Part shown: positions 16,896-28,250 of the stretch, piece after piece
How positions within the stretch are numbered: the first letter of the stretch is position 1
Layout: each line of letters opens with the position of its first letter
NCBI GenBank assembly: GCA_044220955.1
Contig: JBGAQA010000080.1
Coordinates: 1 to 32,623 of the forward strand
DNA: 32,623 bases
Direction of reading: 5' to 3'
Origin: Sandaracinaceae bacterium
Lineage (GTDB): Bacteria > Myxococcota_A > Polyangia > Polyangiales > Sandaracinaceae
Notes under the pieces: generated by a model
What the model was told of the DNA's origin: nothing
Seen by the model: only the letters and a program-made list of their open reading frames with translations
Databases searched by the model: none
Program-made: the position numbers and the translations under genes

Positions 16896-18992
16896 ATGAG
16901 CGAAGACGGCGAACGGATCAAGGACGAGTTCCTCGCGGAGTCGCAGGAGATCGTCGAGTCGCTCTCGCGCGACCTGCTCCTGCTCGATCACGGGCAGAAG
17001 CAGGGGATCACCGACCCGGACCTCGTGAACTCGGTGTTCCGGGGCGTGCACACGCTGAAGGGCATCGCCGGGATGTTCGGCTACTCCGAGCTCTCGGAGG
17101 TCGCCCACCAGCTCGAGGATCTGCTCGATCAGGTGCGCCTCGGGAAGGTACCCCTCTCGCAGGACGCGCTCGACGTGCTCTTCGAGGGGATCGAGGTGCT
17201 GCAGCGCCTGCTCGCGGCGACCAAGGGCGAGCAGCACGAGATCGACGTGCGCGGGCTCGAAGGCCGGATCCAGAAGCTGGTCTCGAGCCCCGGCGGCGTC
17301 AGCAGCGACGTCCTCGCGTCGTTCGACCTCGAGCCCGGCGTGCTCTCCGTTCTCACCGAGTACGAGGAGCACCGGCTCCGTACGAACGTCGAGCAGGGGA
17401 TCGCGCTCTTCCGGCTGCGCGTGCGCTTCGCGCTCACGTCGATCGACGGCGATCTCGAGGAGCTCAAGCAGCGCATCAAGCCCTTCGCCGAGATCATCAC
17501 GTACCTGCCCTCGATGGACGGCGCGGGCGACGACGCGATCGAGCTCGACGTGCTGCTCGCGAGCCGGAAGCCGCTCGCCGAGCTACGGGACGTGCTGGCC
17601 GGCGACGAGATCCGCAGCATCGAGCCGGTCGGCCGCCGCGAGACCGCGCGGACCGTCCCGCCGCCCCCGCCCGGAGAGCCTCTCGACGAGGAGGCGGTCG
17701 AGGCCGTCGCCCCCATCGCCGGCGGGCCCGTCGTCCCCGCGCCCGCACGCGAGGCGAGCGCGGACGGCCTCGCGCTGCGTGGCGTGGCGAAGACCGTCCG
17801 CGTCGACATCGAGAAGCTCGACCACCTGATGAACGTGGTGGGCGAGCTCGGCATCGTGCGCAGCGCCGTCGCGCGCATCGTCGAGCGCCTCGGGGGCCGT
17901 CCTGACCTGCGGCCGATCTTCGCCGAGCTCTACCGCGCCCAGCGCAGCTTCGACCGGCACCTCGGGAGCCTGCAGGAGGGCATCCTCGACGTGCGGATGG
18001 TGCCGCTCGGTCAGACGTTCGACCGGCTCGCGCGCGCCGTGCGGCAGGTGGCGCGCGAGCGCACCAAGGAGGTCCGACTCGTCGTCACGGGCGCGGACAC
18101 CGAGGTCGACAAGCTCATCGTCGAGGAGCTGATCGACCCGCTGCTCCACATCATCCGCAACGCGGTCGACCACGGCATCGAGCTCGAGGCGACGCGCCGT
18201 GAGCTCGGCAAGCCCCGCGGCGGAACGATCGCGCTGAACGCCTACCAGAAGGGCAACCACGTCGTCATCGAGATCGAGGACGACGGCGCCGGCCTCGATC
18301 TGCCCAAGATCCGTGCGCGGGCGGTGGAGCGGGGTCTCGTGGCGGCGGACGCCGCCCCGGAGCTGGGCGACGACGAGCTGCGCCAGATGATCTTCCTGCC
18401 GGGCTTCTCGACCGCCACGGAGGTGACCGAGCTGAGCGGTCGCGGCGTCGGCATGGACGTCGTCCGGACCAACATCGGCCGCCTCGGCGGCGTCATCGAC
18501 GTGCACAGCCAGCAGGGCATCGGGACGAAGTTCACCCTCACGCTGCCGATCACCCTCGCGATCGTGAGCGCGCTCGTGCTGCGCGTCCGCGATCAGACGT
18601 TCGCGATCCCGCTCAACGTGGTGCAGGAGGCGCTCTTCTACGACGAGCGATCGCTGCGCCGGGTGGAGGGCCGAGAGGTGATCACGCTGCGGGGGCAGAG
18701 CCTGCCGGTCGCGCGGCTCGCGGATCTCTTCGGGCTGAGCGCCGAGGTCGCGCCCGGCCGGAGCTTCGTCGTCGTCACCGCGCTGGGGCAGCGCAGGCTG
18801 GGGCTCGTCGTCGACGCGCTCGAGGGCCAAGAGGACATCATCACCAAGCCGCTCGGGGCGAGCCTGGCCTCCGTGCGCGGCTTCTCCGGCGCGACCGACC
18901 TGGGCGATCAGCGCGTCGTGCTCGTGCTCGACGCGCCCAGCATCCTCGACGACGTCCTGTCGGCCGGGCACGAGCGGAAGGGGGCCGCGTGA
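16896..18992 (+). CDS. cheA: chemotaxis histidine kinase CheA
   Basis: Hpt FRGVHTLKG; VRVDIEKLDHLMNVVGEL; HIIRNAVDHGIE; DDGAG; GFSTA..SGRGVGMDVV; C-terminal CheW-like domain. Confidence 0.97.
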   Translation: MSEDGERIKDEFLAESQEIVESLSRDLLLLDHGQKQGITDPDLVNSVFRGVHTLKGIAGMFGYSELSEVAHQLEDLLDQVRLGKVPLSQDALDVLFEGIEVLQRLLAATKGEQHEIDVRGLEGRIQKLVSSPGGVSSDVLASFDLEPGVLSVLTEYEEHRLRTNVEQGIALFRLRVRFALTSIDGDLEELKQRIKPFAEIITYLPSMDGAGDDAIELDVLLASRKPLAELRDVLAGDEIRSIEPVGRRETARTVPPPPPGEPLDEEAVEAVAPIAGGPVVPAPAREASADGLALRGVAKTVRVDIEKLDHLMNVVGELGIVRSAVARIVERLGGRPDLRPIFAELYRAQRSFDRHLGSLQEGILDVRMVPLGQTFDRLARAVRQVARERTKEVRLVVTGADTEVDKLIVEELIDPLLHIIRNAVDHGIELEATRRELGKPRGGTIALNAYQKGNHVVIEIEDDGAGLDLPKIRARAVERGLVAADAAPELGDDELRQMIFLPGFSTATEVTELSGRGVGMDVVRTNIGRLGGVIDVHSQQGIGTKFTLTLPITLAIVSALVLRVRDQTFAIPLNVVQEALFYDERSLRRVEGREVITLRGQSLPVARLADLFGLSAEVAPGRSFVVVTALGQRRLGLVVDALEGQEDIITKPLGASLASVRGFSGATDLGDQRVVLVLDAPSILDDVLSAGHERKGAA

Positions 18993-19014
18993 AGGCCCTC
19001 CGAGGAGCAGGGTC

Positions 19015-19596
19015 GTGAGCGGCATCGTCAAGCACAAGACGGTGCTGCCCGCGCGCCTCGCGCCGCGTGGCGATCGCCTGCGCGCCGTGACCGACGTCGT
19101 CCGCGAGTTCCTCGTCTTCTCGCTGGGCGACGAGCTGATGGGCCTGCCGCTCGCGTCGGTCCGGGAGATCCTCAAGGTCGTCCCCGTGACGCAGGTGCCA
19201 CGCGCGCCGGCGGACGTGCTCGGGATCCTCTCGGTGCGTGGCCGCATCACGACGGTCCTCGACCTCCGGCGCCGGCTGCGGATGCCCGCAGCACCCGCGA
19301 CGCGTCACGCGCGGGTCCTCCTCGTGCAGACGAAGGACGAGATCATGGGCGCGCGCGTGGACGCGGTGCACCACGTCGAGCGGCTGCGCGAGGACGAGAT
19401 CGAGCCAGCCGCCGTCGCGGGCGGTGACCTGCCCGATCACGTGCTCGGCATCGGGCGACCGCGTCGCGTCCGGACGGGCACCGAGTCGGACGCGGCGAGC
19501 ACGGTCATCGTGCTCTTCGATCCACACCTGCTCCTCTCCATGACGGCGCCGTCGGCGGCGCTCGCCGCGGCGAGCCGGCCGAGGGGAGCCGGTTGA
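19015..19596 (+). CDS. cheW: CheW adaptor
   Basis: FLVFSLGDELMGLPLASVREI...VPRAPADVLGILSVRGRITTVLDLRRRL. Confidence 0.92.
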   Translation: MSGIVKHKTVLPARLAPRGDRLRAVTDVVREFLVFSLGDELMGLPLASVREILKVVPVTQVPRAPADVLGILSVRGRITTVLDLRRRLRMPAAPATRHARVLLVQTKDEIMGARVDAVHHVERLREDEIEPAAVAGGDLPDHVLGIGRPRRVRTGTESDAASTVIVLFDPHLLLSMTAPSAALAAASRPRGAG

Positions 19597-20132
19597 CCAT
19601 GGAGGGCAAGAGCGGCGAGCGAGCCCGGGCGCGCCTCGCGCGCCTGGACCGAAGGCGCGGCGATCTCGAGATGAACCTGGTGGGGTTCACGGTCGGGGAC
19701 GTGCACTACGCCATCGAGGTCGCGCGCGTTCGCGAGATCATCCGGCCGCTCCCCGTCGTCCCGCTGCCGCATGCTCCGCCGGCGATCGTCGGGGTCGCCG
19801 ACCACCGCGCCGACGTGATCCCCGTCCTCGACGTTCGACGCCGCTTCGGGCTGCCCGAGACCGCGCCGACGCGGCGGACGAAGTGGATCCTGGTCGCCCT
19901 CGCGACGCGCACCGTCGGGTTCGTCGTCGACGCGGTGTCGGAGGTCTTCGGCGTCGGCGAGGGGGACCGGCGGCCGGTGCCCTCCGTGGGCGCGGGCGAC
20001 GCGGCGCGCGGCTTCCAGTCCGTCTACGCACACCGGGGCGCCCTGGTCTTCGTCCTCGACGTCGACCGGATCGGCGCTGCCGCCGAGCTCGTGGACGTGG
20101 GGCCCCGGGGCGCGCAGCGAGGTGCGCCGTGA
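19593..20132 (+). CDS. cheW: second CheW adaptor
   Basis: LVGFTVGDVHYAIEVARVREI...LPHAPPAIVGV...VLDVRRRFGL...GFVVDAVSEV. TTGA overlap with the previous stop; alternative ATG at 19599. Confidence 0.92.
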   Translation: MTMEGKSGERARARLARLDRRRGDLEMNLVGFTVGDVHYAIEVARVREIIRPLPVVPLPHAPPAIVGVADHRADVIPVLDVRRRFGLPETAPTRRTKWILVALATRTVGFVVDAVSEVFGVGEGDRRPVPSVGAGDAARGFQSVYAHRGALVFVLDVDRIGAAAELVDVGPRGAQRGAP

Positions 20133-22135
20133 CCGAGCGAGACGGCGAGCACATCGAGGAGCGACGCGACGTGCTCAGGGCCGAGGGGGCCAAAGGAACG
20201 CCCCTCGATCCTGCCGTGATCGGTGCTGCGCTCGCCGACGACGACTGGCGCGTCCGCAAGGACGCTGCGGCGCTCGCCGCCGAGCGGATCGCGGACCCGG
20301 GAATCGTCGAGATCGTGGTCCAAGGCGTGCTCTCACCCGACGACGTCGGTCTGCGCAACGCCTCGATCGAGGCGTGCGTTCGGACCGCGAAGACGCCGCG
20401 GTCCGCGCTGGCGGAGGCCGCGCTGGTGCGCGCGCTCGGCGGCGCGAGCCCGACCGCGCGGAAGTTCGTCTGCGCTGCGCTCGCGTGTGGCGGCGACCTC
20501 GCGCTGAGCGCGCTCGGAGACCTCTCGATCGACCCCGACGCGACCACGGCGACCGCCGCACTGGAGGCCATCTCCCACGTCGGCGGGCCTCGCGCGGAGG
20601 CCCTCCTCGGGCGCGCGCTGAGCGCGGACGACCCGCTGACGCGTCTGGCGGCGATCGAGGGGCTCGTCGCGCTCGGAGCGCACCGCCCGCTCGCCGAGGT
20701 CGTCGCGCTCGCAGCGGACCCGCTGCTCTCGCGCAGAGCGATGCTCCTGGCCGGCCTGACGTCCGACGTCGCGGCGGTGCCGCTGCTCGTCTCGCGCATC
20801 AGCGTGCGCTCGAACGTGGCCGAGGCGGCGATCGCGCTCGCGCGACTGCACGACGTCGCCCCCGGCGGGGCCGTCGAGGTGACGCGCGCGATGGTCGCGC
20901 TCGAGCGCCGCGCCCTGGCGCCGCTTCGCCGGATGCTCGACGCCAACGACCCGACCGTGGCGCGGGCGGCCGCGCATCTGCTCGCGCTCGCCGAGGACGC
21001 CGAGGCCCTCCCCAAGATCGCGATGCTGGCCGCCGACATCGAGCTCGGCCCCTCCGCGCTCGCGGGGCTCCGCACCTTCGGCAGCGCGGCGGTCGCGCCC
21101 TTGCTCGCCGCGATCCCCGCGCTCGATCCGCGCGCGCACGCGTTCGCGCTCGAGGCGGCCGCCGAGCTCGCGACGCAGGATCGCGAGCTCCATGCCGCCA
21201 GAGTCCGCAAGGCGCTGCGCGCGTCGCTCGCATCGCGCGACGAGACGATCCTCGTCGCCGCCGTCCGCGGGCTCTCGACCTGGGCGGAGCCAGACGACGC
21301 TCCCGCGCTCGTGGCCCTCGGCAACCACCCCTCGTCCAGCCTGGCGAAGGCCGCCGCAGGCGCCGTCGCGGAGCTCGCGCGCACCGCCAAGCAGGCCGTC
21401 TCCGAGGCTGTCGTGGCGGCGCGCAGCAACGAGGCGACCGCCTGGGGCTCCGCGACGTTCACGCTGCCGCCCGACGTCGCGCTCGAGAAGCTGCGCGAGG
21501 CGCTCTCCGAGGACGACCCGCGCACGCGTCGTGCGGCGGTGACGGCGCTCGCCGACGTCCCGGACCTGCAGGCGGCCGAGCTCGCGGCGATGGCCCTGGC
21601 CGACGAGGACGCCGACGTGCGCGTCTCGGCGATCCGGACCCTGGCGTCGCGAACGGACGCGGACGGGCGCGCGCTCGCCGAGCCGCGCATCGCGCTCGAG
21701 CTGAAGAGCGATCTGCCCGCGGTGCGGGCGGAGGCGTGTCGCGCGCTGGCGAAGCTCGACGCCCGAGGCTGGGCCGAAGGAGTCTCGCGCCTGGCGCTGG
21801 ACGCCTCGAGCGAGGCGCGAATCGCCGCGCTCACGACGCTCGTGCACTGGAACGATCCCCGCGGCCTCGACGCACTGCCAGCGGCGCTCGCACACGACGA
21901 CCCGGAGGTGGTGAAGGCCGCGGTCGTGCTCGCGCGCGCACAGCCCCAGCTCGTGGGCGCGATCCGCGCGCTCCTGCGTCACCCGGCCTGGGACGTCCGT
22001 CACGCGGCGGTGCTGGCGCTGGCGTCCTCGGATCTCGCCGCCGTGCGCGCGCACCGGCAGGTCGAGAGCGACGGCCTGGTGCTCGCGGCGATCGACGAGA
22101 TGCTGAGCGCGCCGGCCGAGGGCGCCGCGAGGTGA
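20129..22135 (+). CDS. HEAT / PBS-lyase-like repeat protein (~668 aa)
   Basis: Repeated units: ALADDDWRVRKDAA, ALSADDPLTRLAA, ALSEDDPRTRRAAVTAL, ALADEDADVRVSAI, LLRHPAWDVRHAAV. GTGA overlaps with the cheW stop and with the cheR start. Confidence 0.9.
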   Translation: MTERDGEHIEERRDVLRAEGAKGTPLDPAVIGAALADDDWRVRKDAAALAAERIADPGIVEIVVQGVLSPDDVGLRNASIEACVRTAKTPRSALAEAALVRALGGASPTARKFVCAALACGGDLALSALGDLSIDPDATTATAALEAISHVGGPRAEALLGRALSADDPLTRLAAIEGLVALGAHRPLAEVVALAADPLLSRRAMLLAGLTSDVAAVPLLVSRISVRSNVAEAAIALARLHDVAPGGAVEVTRAMVALERRALAPLRRMLDANDPTVARAAAHLLALAEDAEALPKIAMLAADIELGPSALAGLRTFGSAAVAPLLAAIPALDPRAHAFALEAAAELATQDRELHAARVRKALRASLASRDETILVAAVRGLSTWAEPDDAPALVALGNHPSSSLAKAAAGAVAELARTAKQAVSEAVVAARSNEATAWGSATFTLPPDVALEKLREALSEDDPRTRRAAVTALADVPDLQAAELAAMALADEDADVRVSAIRTLASRTDADGRALAEPRIALELKSDLPAVRAEACRALAKLDARGWAEGVSRLALDASSEARIAALTTLVHWNDPRGLDALPAALAHDDPEVVKAAVVLARAQPQLVGAIRALLRHPAWDVRHAAVLALASSDLAAVRAHRQVESDGLVLAAIDEMLSAPAEGAAR

Positions 22136-23040
22136 CGTTCTTCCTCGACAGCGGCCCGCGACTCCGGGTGGACGAGTTCCGGCTGCTCCGCGACCTCGTC
22201 AACGAGCACTCCGGCATGTTCTTCGAGGACGCGTCGCTGTTCGTCTTCGAGCGCCGGCTGCGCGATCGGCTCCGCACGCTCGGCCTCTCGGACTACACGT
22301 CGTACTACCACTACCTGCGCTACGGCCCCTCGGCCTCGGGCGAGCTCGAGGACGCGATCGAAGCGCTCGTGACGAACGAGACCTACTTCTTCCGCGAGGA
22401 GTACCAGCTGCGAGCGTTCTCCCGCGACGTCCTGCCCGAGCTGCAGAAGCGCGCGCTCGCGCAGGGGCGCCGGCGCCTCGTCGTGTGGTGCGCGGGCTGC
22501 TCCACGGGCGAGGAGGCCTACACGATCGCCATCCTCTTGCTCTCGTCGGGGCTCTTCGAGGGCTGGGATCTGCGCGTGTTCGGCAACGACATCAGCCGAC
22601 GGGTGCTCAGCTTCGCCCGCCGCGGGGTGTACCCGAGCCACAGCTTCCGGGCGATGCCGCACCAGTACGACGAGTACTTCGTCGCCGACCCGGACGGGCG
22701 TCGCGTCCACCCCCGCGTGCGCGCGCTCTGCCAGTTCGGTCACCTGAACCTCCTGGACCGAGACCGCGCCAGCATCGTCGGGCGGGTCGACGCGATCTTC
22801 TGTCGAAACGTCCTGATCTACTTCGACGCTGACTCGCGGCGCCGTGTGATCGAGACGTTCTACGATCGTCTGCAGCCCGGCGGCTATCTCATGCTCGGCC
22901 ACAGCGAGTCGCTGCTCTCCGTGTCCACGGCGTTCGAGCTGGCGCACCTCTCGTCGGACATGGTCTACCGGAAGCCGGTGGAGACCGTCGGGGTCAAGCG
23001 CGCGCGCGCCGGCGACGACGACGATCGAGGTGCGCGATGA
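22132..23040 (+). CDS. cheR: chemotaxis methyltransferase CheR
   Basis: VTNETYFFRE, WCAGCSTGEEAYT, GNDIS, IFCRNVLIYFD, LGHSESL. GTG start at 22132 within ORF 20122..23040. Confidence 0.95.
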   Translation: MTFFLDSGPRLRVDEFRLLRDLVNEHSGMFFEDASLFVFERRLRDRLRTLGLSDYTSYYHYLRYGPSASGELEDAIEALVTNETYFFREEYQLRAFSRDVLPELQKRALAQGRRRLVVWCAGCSTGEEAYTIAILLLSSGLFEGWDLRVFGNDISRRVLSFARRGVYPSHSFRAMPHQYDEYFVADPDGRRVHPRVRALCQFGHLNLLDRDRASIVGRVDAIFCRNVLIYFDADSRRRVIETFYDRLQPGGYLMLGHSESLLSVSTAFELAHLSSDMVYRKPVETVGVKRARAGDDDDRGAR

Positions 23041-24134
23041 GCACGCCTCCGGTCGCGGGCGGACCGCGCAAGCTCCGGGTCCTCGTCGTGGACGACTCGG
23101 CATTCAACCGCCGCACCATCGCCGAGATCCTCTCGTCGATCCCCGGTGTCGAGGTGATCGGCAAGGCCGGAGACGGCGAGCAGGCGCTCGCGATGGTGCT
23201 CGCCGAGAAGCCGGACCTCGTCACCCTCGATCTCGAGATGCCGCGGATGGACGGCTTCACGCTGCTCAAGGTGCTGATGGCCAAGCGCCCGACGCCGGTG
23301 ATCGTCGTGTCGGGCCGCGGCGCCAAGCCGGACGTGTTCCGCGCCCTCGAGCTCGGCGCGATCGACTTCGTGGTGAAGCCGAGCACGAACGCGACGCTCG
23401 AGCTCGCGAGCATCCGCAGCGAGCTCGAGCAGAAGGTCCAGCTCGCCCGGCAGCTGCGCCCCGCGAAGCTCGGGGACGGCACGCGCGTCACCACCACCGG
23501 CCTGCAGCGCCGCGTGTCCGTCGACGGCGAGCGCCCGATGCCCGCCGACCCCGTGCCCAAGCGCGTGATCGTGATCGCATCGTCGACCGGCGGGCCGCCG
23601 GCGCTCGTGACGCTCTTCTCGCGGCTGCCCTCGGATCTTCCCGCGGCGATCGTCGTCGCGCAGCACATGCCCGAGCGCTTCACCAGAACGTTCGCCGAGC
23701 GCCTCGAGCGGCTCGGGGGCATGCGCGTCGCGGAGCTCGACGACCGGGAGCCACTGCGCGCCGGCCGCGCGGTGGTCTGCCCCGGCGGCCGCTGCATCGA
23801 GGTCAGCGCGAAGGGCAGCGTGCCCTGGGTCCGGGCGGTCCCGGCGACCCCCGAGGATCGCTACGTGCCGAGCGGCGACCGCCTCTTCGAGAGCGCCGCG
23901 GGCGTCTTCGGCCATCGAACGATCGCGGTCGTGCTCACGGGCATGGGCGACGACGGCACGCGCGGCGCGCGCGTGGTCAAGGCCGCGGGCGGCATGGTGA
24001 TCGCGGAGTCCGAGGACACGGCGGCGATCTACGGCATGCCCGCGAGCGCGACGCGGGCGGGCCTGGTCGATCACAGCCTGGCGATCCACGTCATGGGCGA
24101 CGCCATCGTCCGCTTCGCGACGCAGCAGGGCTGA
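23037..24134 (+). CDS. cheB: chemotaxis response regulator methylesterase CheB
   Basis: Receiver VLVVDDS...LDLEMP; catalytic-triad motifs ASSTGG, QHMP and LTGMGDDG; IYGMP. Confidence 0.96.
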   Translation: MSTPPVAGGPRKLRVLVVDDSAFNRRTIAEILSSIPGVEVIGKAGDGEQALAMVLAEKPDLVTLDLEMPRMDGFTLLKVLMAKRPTPVIVVSGRGAKPDVFRALELGAIDFVVKPSTNATLELASIRSELEQKVQLARQLRPAKLGDGTRVTTTGLQRRVSVDGERPMPADPVPKRVIVIASSTGGPPALVTLFSRLPSDLPAAIVVAQHMPERFTRTFAERLERLGGMRVAELDDREPLRAGRAVVCPGGRCIEVSAKGSVPWVRAVPATPEDRYVPSGDRLFESAAGVFGHRTIAVVLTGMGDDGTRGARVVKAAGGMVIAESEDTAAIYGMPASATRAGLVDHSLAIHVMGDAIVRFATQQG

Positions 24135-24147
24135 GCGGCGCGCTGTC

Positions 24148-25461
24148 TCAGCGCTCGCCGGCGCTGAACGTCGCCCGCGACTCGTGGGAGTCGGTGTACT
24201 CGGTGACGAAGTAGAGGATGGTCGCCACGACGAGCGACACGAGGCCCGTGGCGAGCAGCGCGTCGGTGGCGACGTCGTACTGCAGTCCTTGATCGCGAAG
24301 CGCGGCGGGGGTTGGCCCGGCGTAGTTGCGCATCTGCTGGATCTCGCTCTGCGCGAACAGGAAGCGATCGTGCGTCCACACCGCGAACCCGCCCGTGACC
24401 GCGGCAGCGACGAAGCAGCCGACGCCGAGCGCGCCGACGGCCCACGTGAGCGGCGAGCGGTCCACGCGCGCCGGCTCCTCGAGCGTGACCGTGAGCCACC
24501 CGCGCGCGTTCTCCTCGATCGTGACGGTCCCCTCGTACGGGGAGAGGCCCGGGTGCTCGAGGCGCACACGGTGCTCGCCGAGCGAGAGGCCGGTGAGCAG
24601 CGTGGGCGCGAAGCCGGTCGGCTCGCCGTCGAGCTGGATCACCGCGCCCGCCGCGCTCGAGGTGATGGTGAGGTCGCCCGTCGGGGGCGGGAGCGCTTCG
24701 AGCGCCACCCGCACGTCCGTGCGTGCCTCGGCGGTCACGCGCGCGACGGCCGTGAACGAGTGGAAGCCGTCCTGCCGCACCTCCACCTCGTAGAGCCCGG
24801 GCGGGAGCGACGCGTGGAGGGGCGCGCTGCCCTCGACCTGCGTGGCCGCTCCGGGCTCGCGCACGACGACCGAGCCGCCCGGGGCGGCGTCCACGTGGAG
24901 CGTGCCCGTGATGCGCGCGAGCGTGCCCGTCGCCGGGACCTCGCGACCCTGCGCCGCGCTGACGCTGACGGTGACGGAGCGATATCCGTCGCGCTCGAGC
25001 GTGACGACGTGCTCTCCAGGCGGCAGCGCCAGGACCCGCGGCGTCGTGCCGTAGCTTCCGTGGTCGCGCTGATCGACGTAGATGAGGGCCCCCGGTGGAT
25101 CGCTCGTGACGGCCACGCGCGCGACTCGGCCCTCGAGCCGGGCCGCCGCGGCGGTCGCGAAGGCGCGGCGCTCCGGATCGGTGTCGTCGCTCTGCAGGTA
25201 CTCGCGGAAGAAGAGGTAGGCGTCGTCCTCGCGGTGCAAGAGGTCGAAGCAGACGGCGATGTTGAACGTGGCGCGCGGGCTCGGCGCGAGGCGCGCGACC
25301 TCGAAGAACTCGCGCAGCGCCTGCTCGAAGCGGTGCGCCTCGTAGTGCTGACGACCGAGCTCGTCGTGGAAGCGCGCCTCCTCCGCGTCGTCCGCGAGGG
25401 CGACGCTGGCCGGCCCGAGCGTCGAGCAGACCAGGAGCGCCACGCAAAGTCCCCTCTTCAC
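24148..25461 (-). CDS. exported TPR-like + multiple PEGA domain protein with C-terminal hydrophobic segments (~437 aa)
   Basis: Signal peptide KRGLCVALLVCSTLGPASVALA; helical TPR-like region; PEGA motifs VTSDPPGALIYVD...GTTP and ITSSAAGAVIQLDG...GFAP; two C-terminal hydrophobic helices. GTG start at 25461. Confidence 0.85.
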   Translation of the reverse strand: MKRGLCVALLVCSTLGPASVALADDAEEARFHDELGRQHYEAHRFEQALREFFEVARLAPSPRATFNIAVCFDLLHREDDAYLFFREYLQSDDTDPERRAFATAAAARLEGRVARVAVTSDPPGALIYVDQRDHGSYGTTPRVLALPPGEHVVTLERDGYRSVTVSVSAAQGREVPATGTLARITGTLHVDAAPGGSVVVREPGAATQVEGSAPLHASLPPGLYEVEVRQDGFHSFTAVARVTAEARTDVRVALEALPPPTGDLTITSSAAGAVIQLDGEPTGFAPTLLTGLSLGEHRVRLEHPGLSPYEGTVTIEENARGWLTVTLEEPARVDRSPLTWAVGALGVGCFVAAAVTGGFAVWTHDRFLFAQSEIQQMRNYAGPTPAALRDQGLQYDVATDALLATGLVSLVVATILYFVTEYTDSHESRATFSAGER

Positions 25462-25533
25462 GTCGGCGAGGATGCCGTTCTGGCCGCGAGGAAGCAACGC
25501 CCACCTCGCGAGGGCTTGCGCCCGGAGCGCGCC

Positions 25534-26574
25534 ATGCGCGACGCTGCCCACGTGGCTCTCCCTTCACGCGGGCGCGCGGGCGCTCTGCTCCTCGTGGCGT
25601 CGCTGGCGCTCGGCGCGGCCGCGAGTGGGGCGCGCGCCGACGACGCCGCCGAGTCGCGCTTCTACGACGCGATCGCCCGGGACGCCTACGCACACCATCG
25701 GTACCCCGACGCGCTGGCCGCGTTCCTGCGCGCCCACCGCGCGGCTCCGAGCTCGCGGTCGCTCTACAACATCGCGCTCTGCGCGCAGCTGGCACGCCGC
25801 GAGGCGATGTCGTTCGCGTATTTCGCCGAGTTCCTGCGGAGCTCGAGCGCCGAGGACGAGGCGCCGCTGCGCGCCGACGCGACGAGCCGCACCGCGAGCC
25901 TGCGCCGCCTCCTGGCGATCGTGTCGGTGACCTCCGACCCACCCGGCGCGACGATCTACGTCGACCAGCGCGACCACGGCTCGTTCGGGACGACCCCGCG
26001 GATGCTCGCCCTGCCTGCGGGCGCGCACCACCTCGAGCTGGTGCTCGCCGACCACGAGGGCGCGTCCATCGACGTGAGCGCCGTCGTCGGCGAGGTGCGC
26101 GAGGCGACCGGGGCCCTCGTGCCGCACCGAGGTGGACTGACGGTGACGACGTCCGCTCCGGACGCCACGGTGACGGCTCGGCGCGACGGCGAGCCCGACG
26201 CACTGCCCGTGAGCGCCGGAGCGCGCGTCGAGCTGCCGGTCGGCCACTACACGCTGACGGCGCGCGCGCCGGGCCATCGCGACGCCACGGCCGAGGTCAC
26301 GGTCGTGCGGGGCGGCGAGGAGCGGCGCGCTCTCACGCTCGAGGCGCTGCCGGTACCGGTGGGGCGCCTGCTCGTCACGACCGGCGACGTCCACGCCCGC
26401 GTCCGCGTCGACGGCAGCGATCGCGCCGAGACGCCCGCGCGAGTCGAGGGCGTCGGCGTCGGCACGCACGAGGTGTCCGTGACCGCGGACGGGTATCTCG
26501 CCTGGAGCGGGACCGTGCGCGTCGAGCAAGACCGGACCGCGTTCGTGGGCGTCACGCTCGTCCGGGCGCGCTGA
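25534..26574 (+). CDS. exported TPR-like + PEGA domain protein (~346 aa), paralog of the divergent gene
   Basis: Signal GALLLVASLALGAAASGARA; TPR-like helices; VTSDPPGATIYVDQRDHGSFGTTP; further PEGA units; no C-terminal hydrophobic anchor. Start at ATG 25534 or GTG 25552. Confidence 0.85.
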   Translation: MRDAAHVALPSRGRAGALLLVASLALGAAASGARADDAAESRFYDAIARDAYAHHRYPDALAAFLRAHRAAPSSRSLYNIALCAQLARREAMSFAYFAEFLRSSSAEDEAPLRADATSRTASLRRLLAIVSVTSDPPGATIYVDQRDHGSFGTTPRMLALPAGAHHLELVLADHEGASIDVSAVVGEVREATGALVPHRGGLTVTTSAPDATVTARRDGEPDALPVSAGARVELPVGHYTLTARAPGHRDATAEVTVVRGGEERRALTLEALPVPVGRLLVTTGDVHARVRVDGSDRAETPARVEGVGVGTHEVSVTADGYLAWSGTVRVEQDRTAFVGVTLVRAR

Positions 26575-26594
26575 TCACTCGGATCCGCCGATCT

Positions 26595-28142
<1,548 letters not shown>

Positions 28143-28250
28143 CCGGGCGAGATGATACGGGCACACGCGGAGGCTGGGAACACGTCAGATGGCTGGCGCC
28201 CGGCTCGCTCGGTGCCTCGACGCGTGGCCCGATCGTGCGACCCTCGGGCG

